A stretch of DNA of 64,000 bases, from positions 124,001-188,000 of IMG/VR virus record IMGVR_UViG_3300042895_001344; one strand, written 5' to 3'. Position numbers and translations under genes: made by a program. A model generated the notes under the pieces. That model saw only the letters and a program-made list of their open reading frames with translations. It was not told where the DNA came from and ran no database searches. This document shows positions 29,689 through 39,617 of this stretch, piece after piece; position 1 is the stretch's first letter, and the number at the start of each line of letters is the position of its first letter.

Positions 29689-32667
29689 TTAACTACCGAA
29701 TGTTATTGATATTGGGTCGGCATATACAAATGGATTAGCCGATGTTACTGTTTGTGTGGCAGGTCCCGTTTGTATTGTAAAGATTCCGCCAATAGTATCA
29801 GCAAAGAACGTACCTGGTGTTGTACTTGTGTATGTTACAGTGTTAGCACCTTGTGTTATAGATATTGTACCACCATTAGTTGCCAATTCAGTAAATTGAG
29901 TTGTGTAGTTGGTACCATTACTATCATCTAAATTGAAATAAATTTCATTAACACCGTTTGATTTATTTGGATTAAATGTTTCAGTTACTTCATTAGTTTC
30001 ATTATTTCTTATTAAAAATATAGAATTACCATCTGATAACGGTGGTTGTGCATCAAAAATACCTCCTTCATCACTATAGAAATACCACGCACCTATTCCT
30101 CCACCTATTGATGTTGGTGTGGGTGTCGGTGTTGGTCCTCCTAATCCTATACCTACAACGACATCAATCGAACCGCCAGACCATGTGTAAGTATATGTTC
30201 CATTAGTTAAACCTAAACTCGATAATGTTTGACCTGTAAATGTTTGACTACTTGAAATGTTCGCACCTGATGTGTATCCTGTTGGTACAATCAATAAGTA
30301 TGGTGGTGCCATATTCATGATTACACCAAACGCCTGTCCAGTACCTGAACTATGTGGTAATCCAGAACCACTTCCGAAATTACTTGGTACAGATGTGAAT
30401 CCACTATATGAACTACCTGATGAACCACTAGCCCCACAAACAAATGTTGCATTACTAATACCTAAACCTCCATTTCCAAATGGTCCAGCACTTGATGATA
30501 CTAAAGTTAATCCACTAAGGTCAACTGTTCCCGATGCAGACATAACAACATTAGAACCTACTTCAGTTATAGTAACTGTCATTGGTGCCGAACCAGATGT
30601 TGGTGTTGGAGTTGGTGTACTTGTTGCCGGTAAAGGTGTTGCAGTACTTGTCGGTTCTGGTGTTGGTGTACTTGTTGCAGCTAAAGGTGTTGGTGTAGGT
30701 GTATCTGTTGGTACTCCTGTTGGTGCTGGTGTCGCCGTTGCAGGTTCAGGTGTACTTGTTGCCTCAGGTGTTGGTGTAGGTGTGTCTGTTGGAACGTTTG
30801 TTGGTTCTGTTGTAGACGTAGGTGTTGGAGTTGGTGTCGATTGACCTGAAACTAATATATCTATATAGAAAACCTCCCCAAATGTAAATGTAGAAACGGG
30901 CGAACTTTGTACTAATGATAATTTAGTTGAATCTAAAAAATACGAACTATTACTACCGTCATATACCATGGCAATATTTGTACCTGAATATATTGCACTA
31001 TTTCCATTTTGACATAATGTTACAGTAAATGAAGTACCTACTGCATTTCCGAAGTATGTTGTTTGGTCTGTTCCATCATTATCAATTTCATTAAAATATA
31101 ATACCGAAGAATTAGTACCTAATATATTAACGAGATTTAATGCTGTTGCCGGCATTGTACTTGATATCCAAAGTGACTCACCTGAACTTGGTGTTGTTAA
31201 TAAATTTGACAACACATAAGGTTTACCACTACATGATGCAACTGTTGTTGGTGTAGGGGTTGGTGTTTCAGTAGGTGTCGGTGTTGGTGTTGCGGTTGAT
31301 GAAACTACTGTTGGTGTAGGTGTTGGTGTCATTTCAGGGAACACAGCTTTTAATGTTGCTGTATCACCAGTAATAGTTACAATGGTGTTAGATGAATTAG
31401 GTACAGGTAAATTAACATTAGTACCCTCCCAATTTTGGAATAACCCACTACCACTAAACGCAGTAATAGAATATTGTTGATTTTTAACAACACTGATTGT
31501 TGTATCTGATGTATATGTGACTCCACCGAATGAAATACCATCATAACCCATAACTATATCAATAAATAACGACGCCATTTCTGGTGTTGGTGTTGGTGTA
31601 GCGGTTGGACCTGGTGTTGGTGTTGGTGTAGGTGTATTTGATGGAATACAGTTAACAATATCCACAAATTGACTATTGGTAAACTGAGATAAGAAATAAA
31701 ATCCACTACCATCGGTAAGAATGTAATACCCATCAAATAGTAATGAAACTGTTTCATTTGAATTTGAACTTACGTAAACATAATCAAAAATTTCACCATC
31801 GACATAACCGATAATTGAATCCTGTGCGGAACAACTTGAATTCATTAAACAATCAAGTGCACTACAAGCGGTGGTTAAATCATTAAAAAATGGACCCGTA
31901 TTATCGGTATTACCAATTATTGTAATTTGATATGGATGATTAATTGGTTCATTCGTTGCCGTTGGTGTACTTGTTGCCGGTAAAGGTGTATCTGTTGGTA
32001 CGGGAGTTGGTGTACTTGTTGCCGGTAAAGGTGTAGGAGTATCAGTTGGTACCGATGTTGAATCTGGCGTTGGTGTAGGAGTTGGGGTTGTTGATGTAGA
32101 TTCTAATAAAATATTATCCCCATTTTCTTGTAATAAACTATCACCATTCTCTTGTAATAAACTATCACCTAAATTATCTGTCGGTGTTGGTGTAGGTGTT
32201 GCTGTAGCTGGTAACGGAGTTGGAGTACTAGTTGCCGGTAAAGGAGTAGGTGTTGCCGTTGGTAAATTTGTAGGTGTAGGGGTTGGTGTTGGTAAATCTT
32301 CACCATATGTTGTAAAATAACCGTTATTATTTAACCAAGTTTTAGCATCACTACCATTTGTAAATGGTTCTAAACCATCTGTTATTGGTAAAACGTTTAA
32401 TAAATCTAATAAAGATTGTTCGGTTAAATCTGTTGATCTCCAAAAATTAATATAGGAATCTTCATCCACCGGTGTCGGATGATCTCCCGTTGGTACTTGG
32501 TTGGCAATAACATAACCTAACTCTTCATCGGGTCCCATCCACCATTTAACCCCACCTGGATCTTGTGAATAATCTTGATCTGAAACACCTATTGCGATGT
32601 TTCCAATTTGTATTGTTCCGTCTATGGTGGTACCTGTGTTGTATGCGAAGGGTCTTGTTGTTGCCAT
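29689..32667 (-). CDS. Multidomain virion appendage protein with Pro/Thr-rich linkers (992 aa)
   Basis: Beta-rich domains separated by (PT)n linkers; LLQENGD repeats; late motif upstream. Confidence 0.7.
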   Translation of the reverse strand: MATTRPFAYNTGTTIDGTIQIGNIAIGVSDQDYSQDPGGVKWWMGPDEELGYVIANQVPTGDHPTPVDEDSYINFWRSTDLTEQSLLDLLNVLPITDGLEPFTNGSDAKTWLNNNGYFTTYGEDLPTPTPTPTNLPTATPTPLPATSTPTPLPATATPTPTPTDNLGDSLLQENGDSLLQENGDNILLESTSTTPTPTPTPDSTSVPTDTPTPLPATSTPTPVPTDTPLPATSTPTATNEPINHPYQITIIGNTDNTGPFFNDLTTACSALDCLMNSSCSAQDSIIGYVDGEIFDYVYVSSNSNETVSLLFDGYYILTDGSGFYFLSQFTNSQFVDIVNCIPSNTPTPTPTPGPTATPTPTPEMASLFIDIVMGYDGISFGGVTYTSDTTISVVKNQQYSITAFSGSGLFQNWEGTNVNLPVPNSSNTIVTITGDTATLKAVFPEMTPTPTPTVVSSTATPTPTPTETPTPTPTTVASCSGKPYVLSNLLTTPSSGESLWISSTMPATALNLVNILGTNSSVLYFNEIDNDGTDQTTYFGNAVGTSFTVTLCQNGNSAIYSGTNIAMVYDGSNSSYFLDSTKLSLVQSSPVSTFTFGEVFYIDILVSGQSTPTPTPTSTTEPTNVPTDTPTPTPEATSTPEPATATPAPTGVPTDTPTPTPLAATSTPTPEPTSTATPLPATSTPTPTPTSGSAPMTVTITEVGSNVVMSASGTVDLSGLTLVSSSAGPFGNGGLGISNATFVCGASGSSGSSYSGFTSVPSNFGSGSGLPHSSGTGQAFGVIMNMAPPYLLIVPTGYTSGANISSSQTFTGQTLSSLGLTNGTYTYTWSGGSIDVVVGIGLGGPTPTPTPTSIGGGIGAWYFYSDEGGIFDAQPPLSDGNSIFLIRNNETNEVTETFNPNKSNGVNEIYFNLDDSNGTNYTTQFTELATNGGTISITQGANTVTYTSTTPGTFFADTIGGIFTIQTGPATQTVTSANPFVYADPISITFGS

Positions 32668-32674
32668 TATGTTA

Positions 32675-32701
32675 TATAAATACTTTTATTTTCTGTCTAT
32701 T
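32675..32701 (-). promoter_or_regulatory. Late motif in duplicated 27-bp cassette (copy 2)
   Basis: 25/27 identical to 29645-29671. Confidence 0.75.
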
Positions 32702-32709
32702 TTAATTTT

Positions 32710-34131
32710 TTAGTGTAATCTTTCTATTGAAATAAAGTTATTAAGATAAGTGTCACCGATTATCAAAATAATTCTATATACTCTATTGTTTGTATCATCT
32801 CTTAAAATGTAGGTAGATGTATCACCTTGTCCAGTAAAGTTCCAATTAAACATTGATGCAGTTGCGGTTGTTGATAATGAAGTTGAACTAACACTTCCCG
32901 ATGAAGAACCTCCAAAAGCTTGATAATGTGCCGAAATAAATCCTGTAACAGTATCAGATACTGTTGCGACACTCAACCCCCTATTACCGCTTGATGTTAG
33001 AGTTGCTTTAATATTATCTAATGTTACAAATGTTCCAGCATTTACTATTCCACTTGATTTACACGTCAATTCACCACTAACGCCGGCGGGTGACTTACTT
33101 AAATCAAGATATACACCTCTTGCACCTCCACCTTGTTCAAAAATTCTTAATCTATTTTGATAAGAATCAATTGTAATTCCACTACCTGTAAGTGAGTTGT
33201 TTGTTTGTGATTTTGCTAATAAAATTTCTCCACCTTCATCACCACTTCCAGTTCCAATTTGTAATGCAGTTGTTATTATATTCATTGAACCACTTATTAT
33301 TACCGAACCTGTAATATTTTGAGTTGTTGAAATTGAACCTGTTGTAATTAAACCCGTATAACTAACAACTCCACTAGTTCCTGATGAACCATTAGAACCC
33401 GATGTTCCACTACTACCATTAGAACCTGATGTACCACTTGTACCTGACCAACCATTTATTTGGGTTACCATCATAAAACACTGATTTGTGCTAAACCCAC
33501 CAGTTGAATTACTAAAAGTACTTCTTAGGGCTACTTGTGTCGTTCCTGTTGTGACAATAATTGCCTCCGCCAATGGTTGCCAAGCTGCAGGAGCGACACT
33601 ATTAACAACTATTACACCTGCTAGATTTCCTATTAAAGTATTACTTGTGGTTACATTTATCCATTGATATTGTGTTTCAGCATTGTTTATATTATTTGCC
33701 AATGCAAAACTAGCATTAAGTTTATATGTCTTATTTGCTGCTAAGGTTATAATACCCGTAGATTGATTATAAGATACCGAACCATTTGATATTGTGGTAC
33801 CCGATAATATAAAATTATTTCCCGTTGATGGTATGGTTGCAGTTGATGGTGTAAAATATAACCAATCATTGTCTACGTAACCTGATGTTCCCGATGACCC
33901 TGAACTACCGTTTGAACCTGACGAACCCGAAGAACCGTTAGACCCCGATGTTCCCGATGAACCGGCAGTTCCTGAAGAACCTAAATCAAGAAATGGTTGA
34001 CTTGATACCAAATCTTCAATTGATATGCGATTTGATGTGTACCCACTACCGCTGGTTGAGGATATCATTAATATATCATCAATTTTTACGGAACCCGTAC
34101 TAGTTAATTCTGAAACTTTTATTAGTGCCAT
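32710..34131 (-). CDS. Tail fibre-like protein with collagen-like Gly-Ser/Thr repeats
   Basis: Two (G-S/T-S/N)n tracts; N-terminal MALIKVSEL motif similar to 27344..29623. Confidence 0.65.
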   Translation of the reverse strand: MALIKVSELTSTGSVKIDDILMISSTSGSGYTSNRISIEDLVSSQPFLDLGSSGTAGSSGTSGSNGSSGSSGSNGSSGSSGTSGYVDNDWLYFTPSTATIPSTGNNFILSGTTISNGSVSYNQSTGIITLAANKTYKLNASFALANNINNAETQYQWINVTTSNTLIGNLAGVIVVNSVAPAAWQPLAEAIIVTTGTTQVALRSTFSNSTGGFSTNQCFMMVTQINGWSGTSGTSGSNGSSGTSGSNGSSGTSGVVSYTGLITTGSISTTQNITGSVIISGSMNIITTALQIGTGSGDEGGEILLAKSQTNNSLTGSGITIDSYQNRLRIFEQGGGARGVYLDLSKSPAGVSGELTCKSSGIVNAGTFVTLDNIKATLTSSGNRGLSVATVSDTVTGFISAHYQAFGGSSSGSVSSTSLSTTATASMFNWNFTGQGDTSTYILRDDTNNRVYRIILIIGDTYLNNFISIERLH

Positions 34132-34155
34132 TTTTATTTATATTTTTATAATTTT

Positions 34156-34479
34156 TTATTCAGGTATTAGTATGTTTCCATTTTCATCTGAAATTATGTA
34201 AACACCGTTTTCGGTTATTATACCAAACTCATTCGGAGTTGGACTTGGTGTATTTGTTATTGTAGGAGTTGGTGTAGGTGTAATTGTTGGAGTGGCAGTT
34301 GGTGGAACAGGGGTAGATGTTGGCGTTGGTGTTGGTGTATCTGTTGGTACCGGTGTTGGTGTACTTGTAGCTGGTAAAGGTGTATCGGTAATTGACGGCG
34401 TCGGCGTAGGTGTCCCCGTTGGTGGGGATGTTTGGTTTTTTGGGACTAAAATGAATTTACCGTTTATCTGCCAAGACAT
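34156..34479 (-). CDS. Small Pro/Thr-linker protein
   Basis: Mostly (PT)n; C-terminal [18 protein letters not shown] resembles the LLQENG motif of 29689..32667. Confidence 0.65.
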   Translation of the reverse strand: MSWQINGKFILVPKNQTSPPTGTPTPTPSITDTPLPATSTPTPVPTDTPTPTPTSTPVPPTATPTITPTPTPTITNTPSPTPNEFGIITENGVYIISDENGNILIPE

Positions 34480-34504
34480 ACATTAAATATTTTGTTTTAT
34501 GAAA

Positions 34505-36232
34505 TTATATTGGTGTAGGGGTTGGAGTTGGTAAAGTATTCTGATCTACGAATCCAAAACAAACCGTACAATAGTTTTCTGTTTCAGTGTAATTAAAACT
34601 TACGCTACTTACCGTACCATCTATACGGATAATATTAAACCCTTCAATTCCTGTAAATTGAGTATATTGAGTTCCATTTACTGGGTTTTGGTATGTTGTA
34701 TCTAGTTCCCAAATTGGTGTGAATGGTGCGGAAACGATAACCGGAACGGATGTAATTGAATTACCCACACTAGCAAAGGCAATCAAAGGATTTGTAACTG
34801 GTTGACTAAATGTTGCGGTAAACACACCCATCGATGTATTTCGTATTTGAGTTCCACTAACCGGAACATTATATTCTTGAGGGAACGTTGTACCCTCATA
34901 CATACCTGAACTCTGTATTCCCATACCACCTACACTTTGTGTAACTGCAATAGTAATACCATTTTGACCTATACCTGATGCGGTTGAATCGGTAACTGAG
35001 TTAATAGTCATCCATTGAAATCCTAAACTTACAGGTGTTGCTGTAGGTGTAACAGTTGGCGTAGGAGTTGGACTTGGTGTCGATGTAGGAACCGGAGTTG
35101 GTGAAGGTGTTACTGTTGGTGTTGCCGTTGGTGGAACATATGCTCTCACGTCATCAACACAAGGTGCATTACATATTTCAAAAGTATATCCTGTTAATGT
35201 TCTAAAATTATGTTTAACGTGAATAAAATCTAATGGTTCTTCATAATATAATGCCGATTTAATATTAAACCCACATGTTTTTGATGTATTACCAAAATAA
35301 GTGTAGTTATATCCTCCACCCCAAGATTGTATTAAAGTTTGTTCGTCTCTATATGACGGTATAATCTCTTCCCAATTAGTTTCGGTATAAATTAAATTAC
35401 CATTTAAATAAAACTTTAAATCACCCAATCTCATATCTCTTTGTTCCGCCCATTTTTTATTTAATTCTTCAACATACTCAGTTGTAATTGTACCACCCGT
35501 AACCCAATCTTCTATTGTATTGGTAATTGTGTATCCTGTTGTGATTTGTGTTGATGTCATTGCGGTGACACCTGTTAATGGTTTAATAAATTCTACCGCA
35601 TGTGGACCTCTAATTAAATTGTTAAATCCACCCACATTATCCAAATCACAATCTGTAAATTCTTTATATCTATTAAAAACTATCGTTAAATTAAAATCAC
35701 TCGTATTTCCTGTTACACATAATACAGGTGTTTGACCATTTAAAAGACTATGTGTCTCAGTATAACCCGTAGTATTACAATAACCTGAATAATGATATGA
35801 AACCCACTTTACCCTACCATCATTTGTAAATTGAAATGATAAGTTATTATCCAAATAATTTGTATATGTAGTATCACCATCAACCCCGATATAGTAAAAA
35901 ATCGTACCTCCAGACCAATTTACTGAGTTTCTATTGAATACAAAATCCAACGTCCAACCCTTTTCTGTTCTTCTTCTAACCGTAAAATCACAGGTATCTC
36001 CCGTGTAACGACTAGCAACCGGAACAACCCATGGTTTCTGATCGTTTAAAGGTGTGGTTAAACAACTTGAGTCAATTGTAAGAGCACTATATGTGATTGG
36101 GGTAGTTAAATCTAACACATCTGTATCGTAATCAACCTCATTTGTGGTTAATTGATAGTCATAAAGTTCCGATGAATCTAACTTCAAATCCAATTTAGAT
36201 CCGTAATAGTTTAAAATATTCTGTCTATTCAT
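34505..36232 (-). CDS. Virion structural protein with PT linker and variable C-terminal domain
   Basis: Beta-rich N-terminal part, PT linker, second domain. Start moved to MNRQ (36232) because TATTTATA (36238-36245) falls between the two ATGs. Confidence 0.65.
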   Translation of the reverse strand: MNRQNILNYYGSKLDLKLDSSELYDYQLTTNEVDYDTDVLDLTTPITYSALTIDSSCLTTPLNDQKPWVVPVASRYTGDTCDFTVRRRTEKGWTLDFVFNRNSVNWSGGTIFYYIGVDGDTTYTNYLDNNLSFQFTNDGRVKWVSYHYSGYCNTTGYTETHSLLNGQTPVLCVTGNTSDFNLTIVFNRYKEFTDCDLDNVGGFNNLIRGPHAVEFIKPLTGVTAMTSTQITTGYTITNTIEDWVTGGTITTEYVEELNKKWAEQRDMRLGDLKFYLNGNLIYTETNWEEIIPSYRDEQTLIQSWGGGYNYTYFGNTSKTCGFNIKSALYYEEPLDFIHVKHNFRTLTGYTFEICNAPCVDDVRAYVPPTATPTVTPSPTPVPTSTPSPTPTPTVTPTATPVSLGFQWMTINSVTDSTASGIGQNGITIAVTQSVGGMGIQSSGMYEGTTFPQEYNVPVSGTQIRNTSMGVFTATFSQPVTNPLIAFASVGNSITSVPVIVSAPFTPIWELDTTYQNPVNGTQYTQFTGIEGFNIIRIDGTVSSVSFNYTETENYCTVCFGFVDQNTLPTPTPTPI

Positions 36233-36237
36233 TATAA

Positions 36238-36270
36238 TATAAATATCTTTCATAACATTTGATATTTATA
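36238..36270. promoter_or_regulatory. Back-to-back divergent late motifs
   Basis: TATTTATA on minus (36238-36245) and on plus (36263-36270). Confidence 0.75.
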
Positions 36271-36285
36271 TAAAAGTCTATTTAG

Positions 36286-37035
36286 ATGAATAATTTTATA
36301 AAACAGGTAATTGAGGAGAAATTTGCTTCAAAAGCACAACAAAGGTTCTTCTACGCTAAGGCGAATGAAAAGGGTAAACCCAAGAAAGAAAAGAAGAAAT
36401 GGTCTAAATGGGCTAAGGAGTTCTCCGATAAAACAGATTATGATGAAATCCCCGATAAAGTAGAGAAAGAGGAAGAAGTAGATGAAATCGTGGACGGTGC
36501 CGGTAATTTTGCTAAAAGTAAAAAACCAACTAACTCAAGAGCTGAAGTAACATCAAATTCAACAACTGATGAATTTGTATTAACAGGAGCGGGTCAATCG
36601 TCTATATCACCAAAATTAGGTATGGGTTTTAGAAGATATTGGGGTGAGTCTGATATGAGTAAAGCATTAGGTGCTGAAGATACAATTATGGATGATGCTA
36701 ATTATGAAGAAGCTAAAAAGAAATTTATTGAGTTGGGTGTAACTGACCCAAAGGAATTGGAAGATAGATTAGGACAAATGGGATATGATCCAAAATTACC
36801 AGACGATAAGGTGAGATTGGTAGAAAACCCTAAAAAATTCATGGAAGAATACATAGATAATCTTTTAAAACAAAAAGGAAAAGATAATGATGTATTACCC
36901 AAAGAAGAAGAGGTTGAGGAGATTGAAATCAATCCAATAGTTGTAAAACAAATAAAATCACTTAAAAATAGTATGAAAACTTATGGTCTTAAACCAGACC
37001 ATATTTTGAAAGGACTTAAAGACGATAATGAATAA
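36286..37035 (+). CDS. Late hypothetical (probable head-associated) protein
   Basis: VIEE followed by KFASKAQQRFFYA basic module; late motif at 36263-36270. Confidence 0.7.
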   Translation: MNNFIKQVIEEKFASKAQQRFFYAKANEKGKPKKEKKKWSKWAKEFSDKTDYDEIPDKVEKEEEVDEIVDGAGNFAKSKKPTNSRAEVTSNSTTDEFVLTGAGQSSISPKLGMGFRRYWGESDMSKALGAEDTIMDDANYEEAKKKFIELGVTDPKELEDRLGQMGYDPKLPDDKVRLVENPKKFMEEYIDNLLKQKGKDNDVLPKEEEVEEIEINPIVVKQIKSLKNSMKTYGLKPDHILKGLKDDNE

Positions 37036-37519
37036 AGAGTTAAAAAATAGGGACTTTGATTTACCACAGAACATTTTAGATAAGATCAACCACACGGTTA
37101 CAGGTCTTAACGGTCAAAATGTGCATGGGGTAATGAGAGCAAAAAAACTTTTAACCGATAAAAAAGTAACATATGGTCAACTTAAACGTATTATTCATGA
37201 CATACAAGGTATGGATAAAGTTGCTGATAAAATTAGGTATGACTTGGCTGGTGGTGATTTAATGGATACGTGGTCAAAACAATATCTTCAGGGTGAGAGA
37301 GATTTAATTCAAAATAGAAAAGAAGGTAGAAAACAGGCTGATGATATTTCAAGTACAACGGGAGAAAGAAAAAATAGTTTCTTAACGAAACATACAAAAA
37401 AATCAAGTTGGTTACCGTCATTTAAATTTAATTCTAATTCAGAAAAAAATTCAGTGGCGTCAATAAAATTAACAGGTTTATTTGAACAAGTTAATAGAAT
37501 AAAAAAATTAATGTTATAA
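37028..37519 (+). CDS. Late hypothetical protein with C-terminal LFEQVNRIKKLML tag
   Basis: Overlaps the previous gene; tag shared with 38213..38962 and 52324..53085. Confidence 0.7.
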   Translation: MNKELKNRDFDLPQNILDKINHTVTGLNGQNVHGVMRAKKLLTDKKVTYGQLKRIIHDIQGMDKVADKIRYDLAGGDLMDTWSKQYLQGERDLIQNRKEGRKQADDISSTTGERKNSFLTKHTKKSSWLPSFKFNSNSEKNSVASIKLTGLFEQVNRIKKLML

Positions 37520-37520
37520 T

Positions 37521-38213
37521 ATGGCAACAAAATTAGATCAAATATCAGAACAGTTTAGAAAAGAATCTATTACAAGAAATTCTTATAACGAAAAGAATTT
37601 ATATAATAGTCAAAATATTAATGCATTATCTAACGGAGATGAAAAAGGTAAAGGTCAAATTGGTGACAGCGATAAAATCGGTTCAACCACTGACATTCAA
37701 AATAGAATTTCAAGTTTAGGTAGAAACACTTACAATGAAAATAATCAATATAGTTTAACTAATCCAAATGCATTAGCAGATGGAGATGAAAAAGGAAGAG
37801 GTCAAAAAGAAGATAATGTTGCAATTGGAACATCTGTAGATATTGCAAATAGAAATTTATTATTAAGTAAAAACACATATAAATTAAATAATAAATATGG
37901 TGTTAACAATCCTAATGCAATGTCCGACGGTGATGAAAAAGGTAAGGGACAAAAAGGTGAAACAGGTGAGGTTGGTTCAAGAACTGACGTGTTAAAAAGA
38001 ACTGAAAATTTAGTAAAAAATAAGTTTAATAAAAAGAATTTATATAATAGTACAAATCCTGATGCAATTTCTGACGGAGATGAAAATGGTAAAGGACCTA
38101 AAGATGAAAATGGAACTGTTGGTTCTAAAACTGATATTTTAAAAAGAACCGAAAATACTGGTAAGAATAGTTATAACTCTAAAAAAGAATATAATAGACA
38201 TCCAACAGAATAA
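37521..38213 (+). CDS. Tandem-repeat protein (four 49-aa units plus a partial fifth)
   Basis: NPNAxSDGDEKGKG core; GGA/GGT-GAT-GAA starts at 37635, 37782, 37929, 38076 (147-nt period). Confidence 0.85.
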   Translation: MATKLDQISEQFRKESITRNSYNEKNLYNSQNINALSNGDEKGKGQIGDSDKIGSTTDIQNRISSLGRNTYNENNQYSLTNPNALADGDEKGRGQKEDNVAIGTSVDIANRNLLLSKNTYKLNNKYGVNNPNAMSDGDEKGKGQKGETGEVGSRTDVLKRTENLVKNKFNKKNLYNSTNPDAISDGDENGKGPKDENGTVGSKTDILKRTENTGKNSYNSKKEYNRHPTE

Positions 38214-38962
38214 TGAGTTTTACAAATACAATCTTCAAAATACTTGAAGAACAAAATATTTTAAGGACATCAAAAACTAAACCTATAGTTGATTCAATCA
38301 AAAATAGGAATAAGATTTCTTTTTTTTATACTGGTCCAAGAAAACCTGCAAAAGATAGTGTTAAACCTGGTAAAAGAATTGATGCCGAAGCAGTGGCTTT
38401 AGGGTTAAGTAAAAGAGGTAATTTAGTTATTCGTGCATATGTCCAACCACCTTCAGTATCCAAAAAAGGATTTGATAAAACAGGTTGGAGAACTTTTATG
38501 GTTAGTAGAATGAGTGATTTAAGAATTAGCGATGAAAAATTTGATCAGAAGAGACCCGACTATAAAGAAGGTGATGATAAATCAATGAGTGTTACTTACG
38601 TAACAACAGATTGGACAAATAAACCTGAGGTTAAGAAACCAAGGATTGTTAAACCAAAACCAAGTGTCCCTTCGGCAACTGCAACAACTCAATCAACTCC
38701 AAGTGTTGACCCGACAACAACAACTACACCTGAGGAACCAAAAACAACAGAACTACCACAACCAAAAACTCAAACTAAACCTGAGAAAGTTGTACCAAAA
38801 CCTGAACCAACAAAAACAGAACCTGAAACAACAGAACCTAAAACACAAGAATTACCTCAACCAAAACAAACAGAAAAACCAGTTGCAAATCCTGAAGAGG
38901 ATGAGGAAAATAAAAATTTACAAGAAAGTATTAAAAATATTAAGCGTTTAATGTTTTCTTAA
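38213..38962 (+). CDS. Stand-alone WYL-domain protein with Pro/Thr/Glu/Lys linker and C-terminal LQESIKNIKRLM tag
   Basis: SIKNRNKISFFY...R..E..ALG......IRAY...GWRTFMVSRM fits the WYL fold; no HTH. Confidence 0.7.
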   Translation: MSFTNTIFKILEEQNILRTSKTKPIVDSIKNRNKISFFYTGPRKPAKDSVKPGKRIDAEAVALGLSKRGNLVIRAYVQPPSVSKKGFDKTGWRTFMVSRMSDLRISDEKFDQKRPDYKEGDDKSMSVTYVTTDWTNKPEVKKPRIVKPKPSVPSATATTQSTPSVDPTTTTTPEEPKTTELPQPKTQTKPEKVVPKPEPTKTEPETTEPKTQELPQPKQTEKPVANPEEDEENKNLQESIKNIKRLMFS

Positions 38963-38995
38963 AATAGTTTATTATAATATAAAATATTTATTAAC

Positions 38996-39565
38996 ATGTC
39001 ACAACAAGGATCAATATCATCTAACGATTTAATGAAAAAGTTAGTACAAGCAAAAAAAGTAATGAATAAAGTTGATGGTGGAAATTATGAAAGAGGTCAT
39101 GTTAATAGTGAAATGTTAAGATCTGATCCTTCAGAATTAATGGAAATGCAAACACCTCAACAACCTAATACAAGACCTGTGGGTGGTAATATGAGTATTG
39201 ATAAAATACAAAATTCAAAATTACCTGACGCAATTAAAAAAGCAATGATGGAAAACCCAATTCAACAAATTTCTTTAAATGATACTTTAGATATGGATTT
39301 CGTTAAAGGAGCAAAACGTTTAATGGAACAAGAAGGTGTTGCAACAAGACCGTCGGCACAACCAAAACAAACTATTGTTAATAATAATATTGACATGAAC
39401 GCAATCGCAGTTCTTATTGAAAATACAGTTCGTAAAGTAATGGATGAAAAATTAAATCAAATCCTTACAGCATCCACAACATCATCTATTAATGAAAATT
39501 TAGTACTGAAGGTGGGAGACTCTATTTTCAAGGGTAAAATTACAGGAGTAAATAAAGCCAAGTAA
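38996..39565 (+). CDS. Late hypothetical protein
   Basis: 189-aa ORF; TATTTATT at 38985-38992. Confidence 0.7.
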   Translation: MSQQGSISSNDLMKKLVQAKKVMNKVDGGNYERGHVNSEMLRSDPSELMEMQTPQQPNTRPVGGNMSIDKIQNSKLPDAIKKAMMENPIQQISLNDTLDMDFVKGAKRLMEQEGVATRPSAQPKQTIVNNNIDMNAIAVLIENTVRKVMDEKLNQILTASTTSSINENLVLKVGDSIFKGKITGVNKAK

Positions 39566-39566
39566 T

Positions 39567-39597
39567 TTTGTTTTTCCAATTTTTTTAGTTATATTTT
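39567..39597 (+). promoter_or_regulatory. Host-type promoter (TTTG - 19 nt - TATATTTT)
   Basis: Close to Bacteroidota -33 TTTG / -7 TAnnTTTG; upstream of a glycosyltransferase. Confidence 0.5.
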
Positions 39598-39617
39598 AGA
39601 CATATAAGTTAATTTAA

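Larger units (their letters stand above)
30611..34383. repeat. Dispersed 29-bp repeat GTTGGTGTACTTGTTGCCGGTAAAGGTGT encoding [10 protein letters not shown]
   Basis: Identical copies at 30611-30639, 31961-31989, 32006-32034; 2-mismatch copy at 34355-34383 in a different gene. Confidence 0.85.

Noticed and set aside
34132-34150. Sense-strand TATAAATA (true T4 orientation) before 32710..34131
   Set aside because: Single case inside an A-rich leader; probably chance
34480-34507. Read-through fusing 34505..36232 to 34156..34479
   Set aside because: The 25-nt gap puts them out of frame and there is no slippery sequence
26046-36253. Diversity-generating retroelement or invertible cassette acting on fibres
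   Set aside because: No reverse transcriptase, recombinase, adenine-specific TR/VR pair or flanking inverted repeats in the window
38646-38951. Gln/Leu/Asn-rich alternative-frame ORF
   Set aside because: By-product of the repetitive linker codons of the WYL gene
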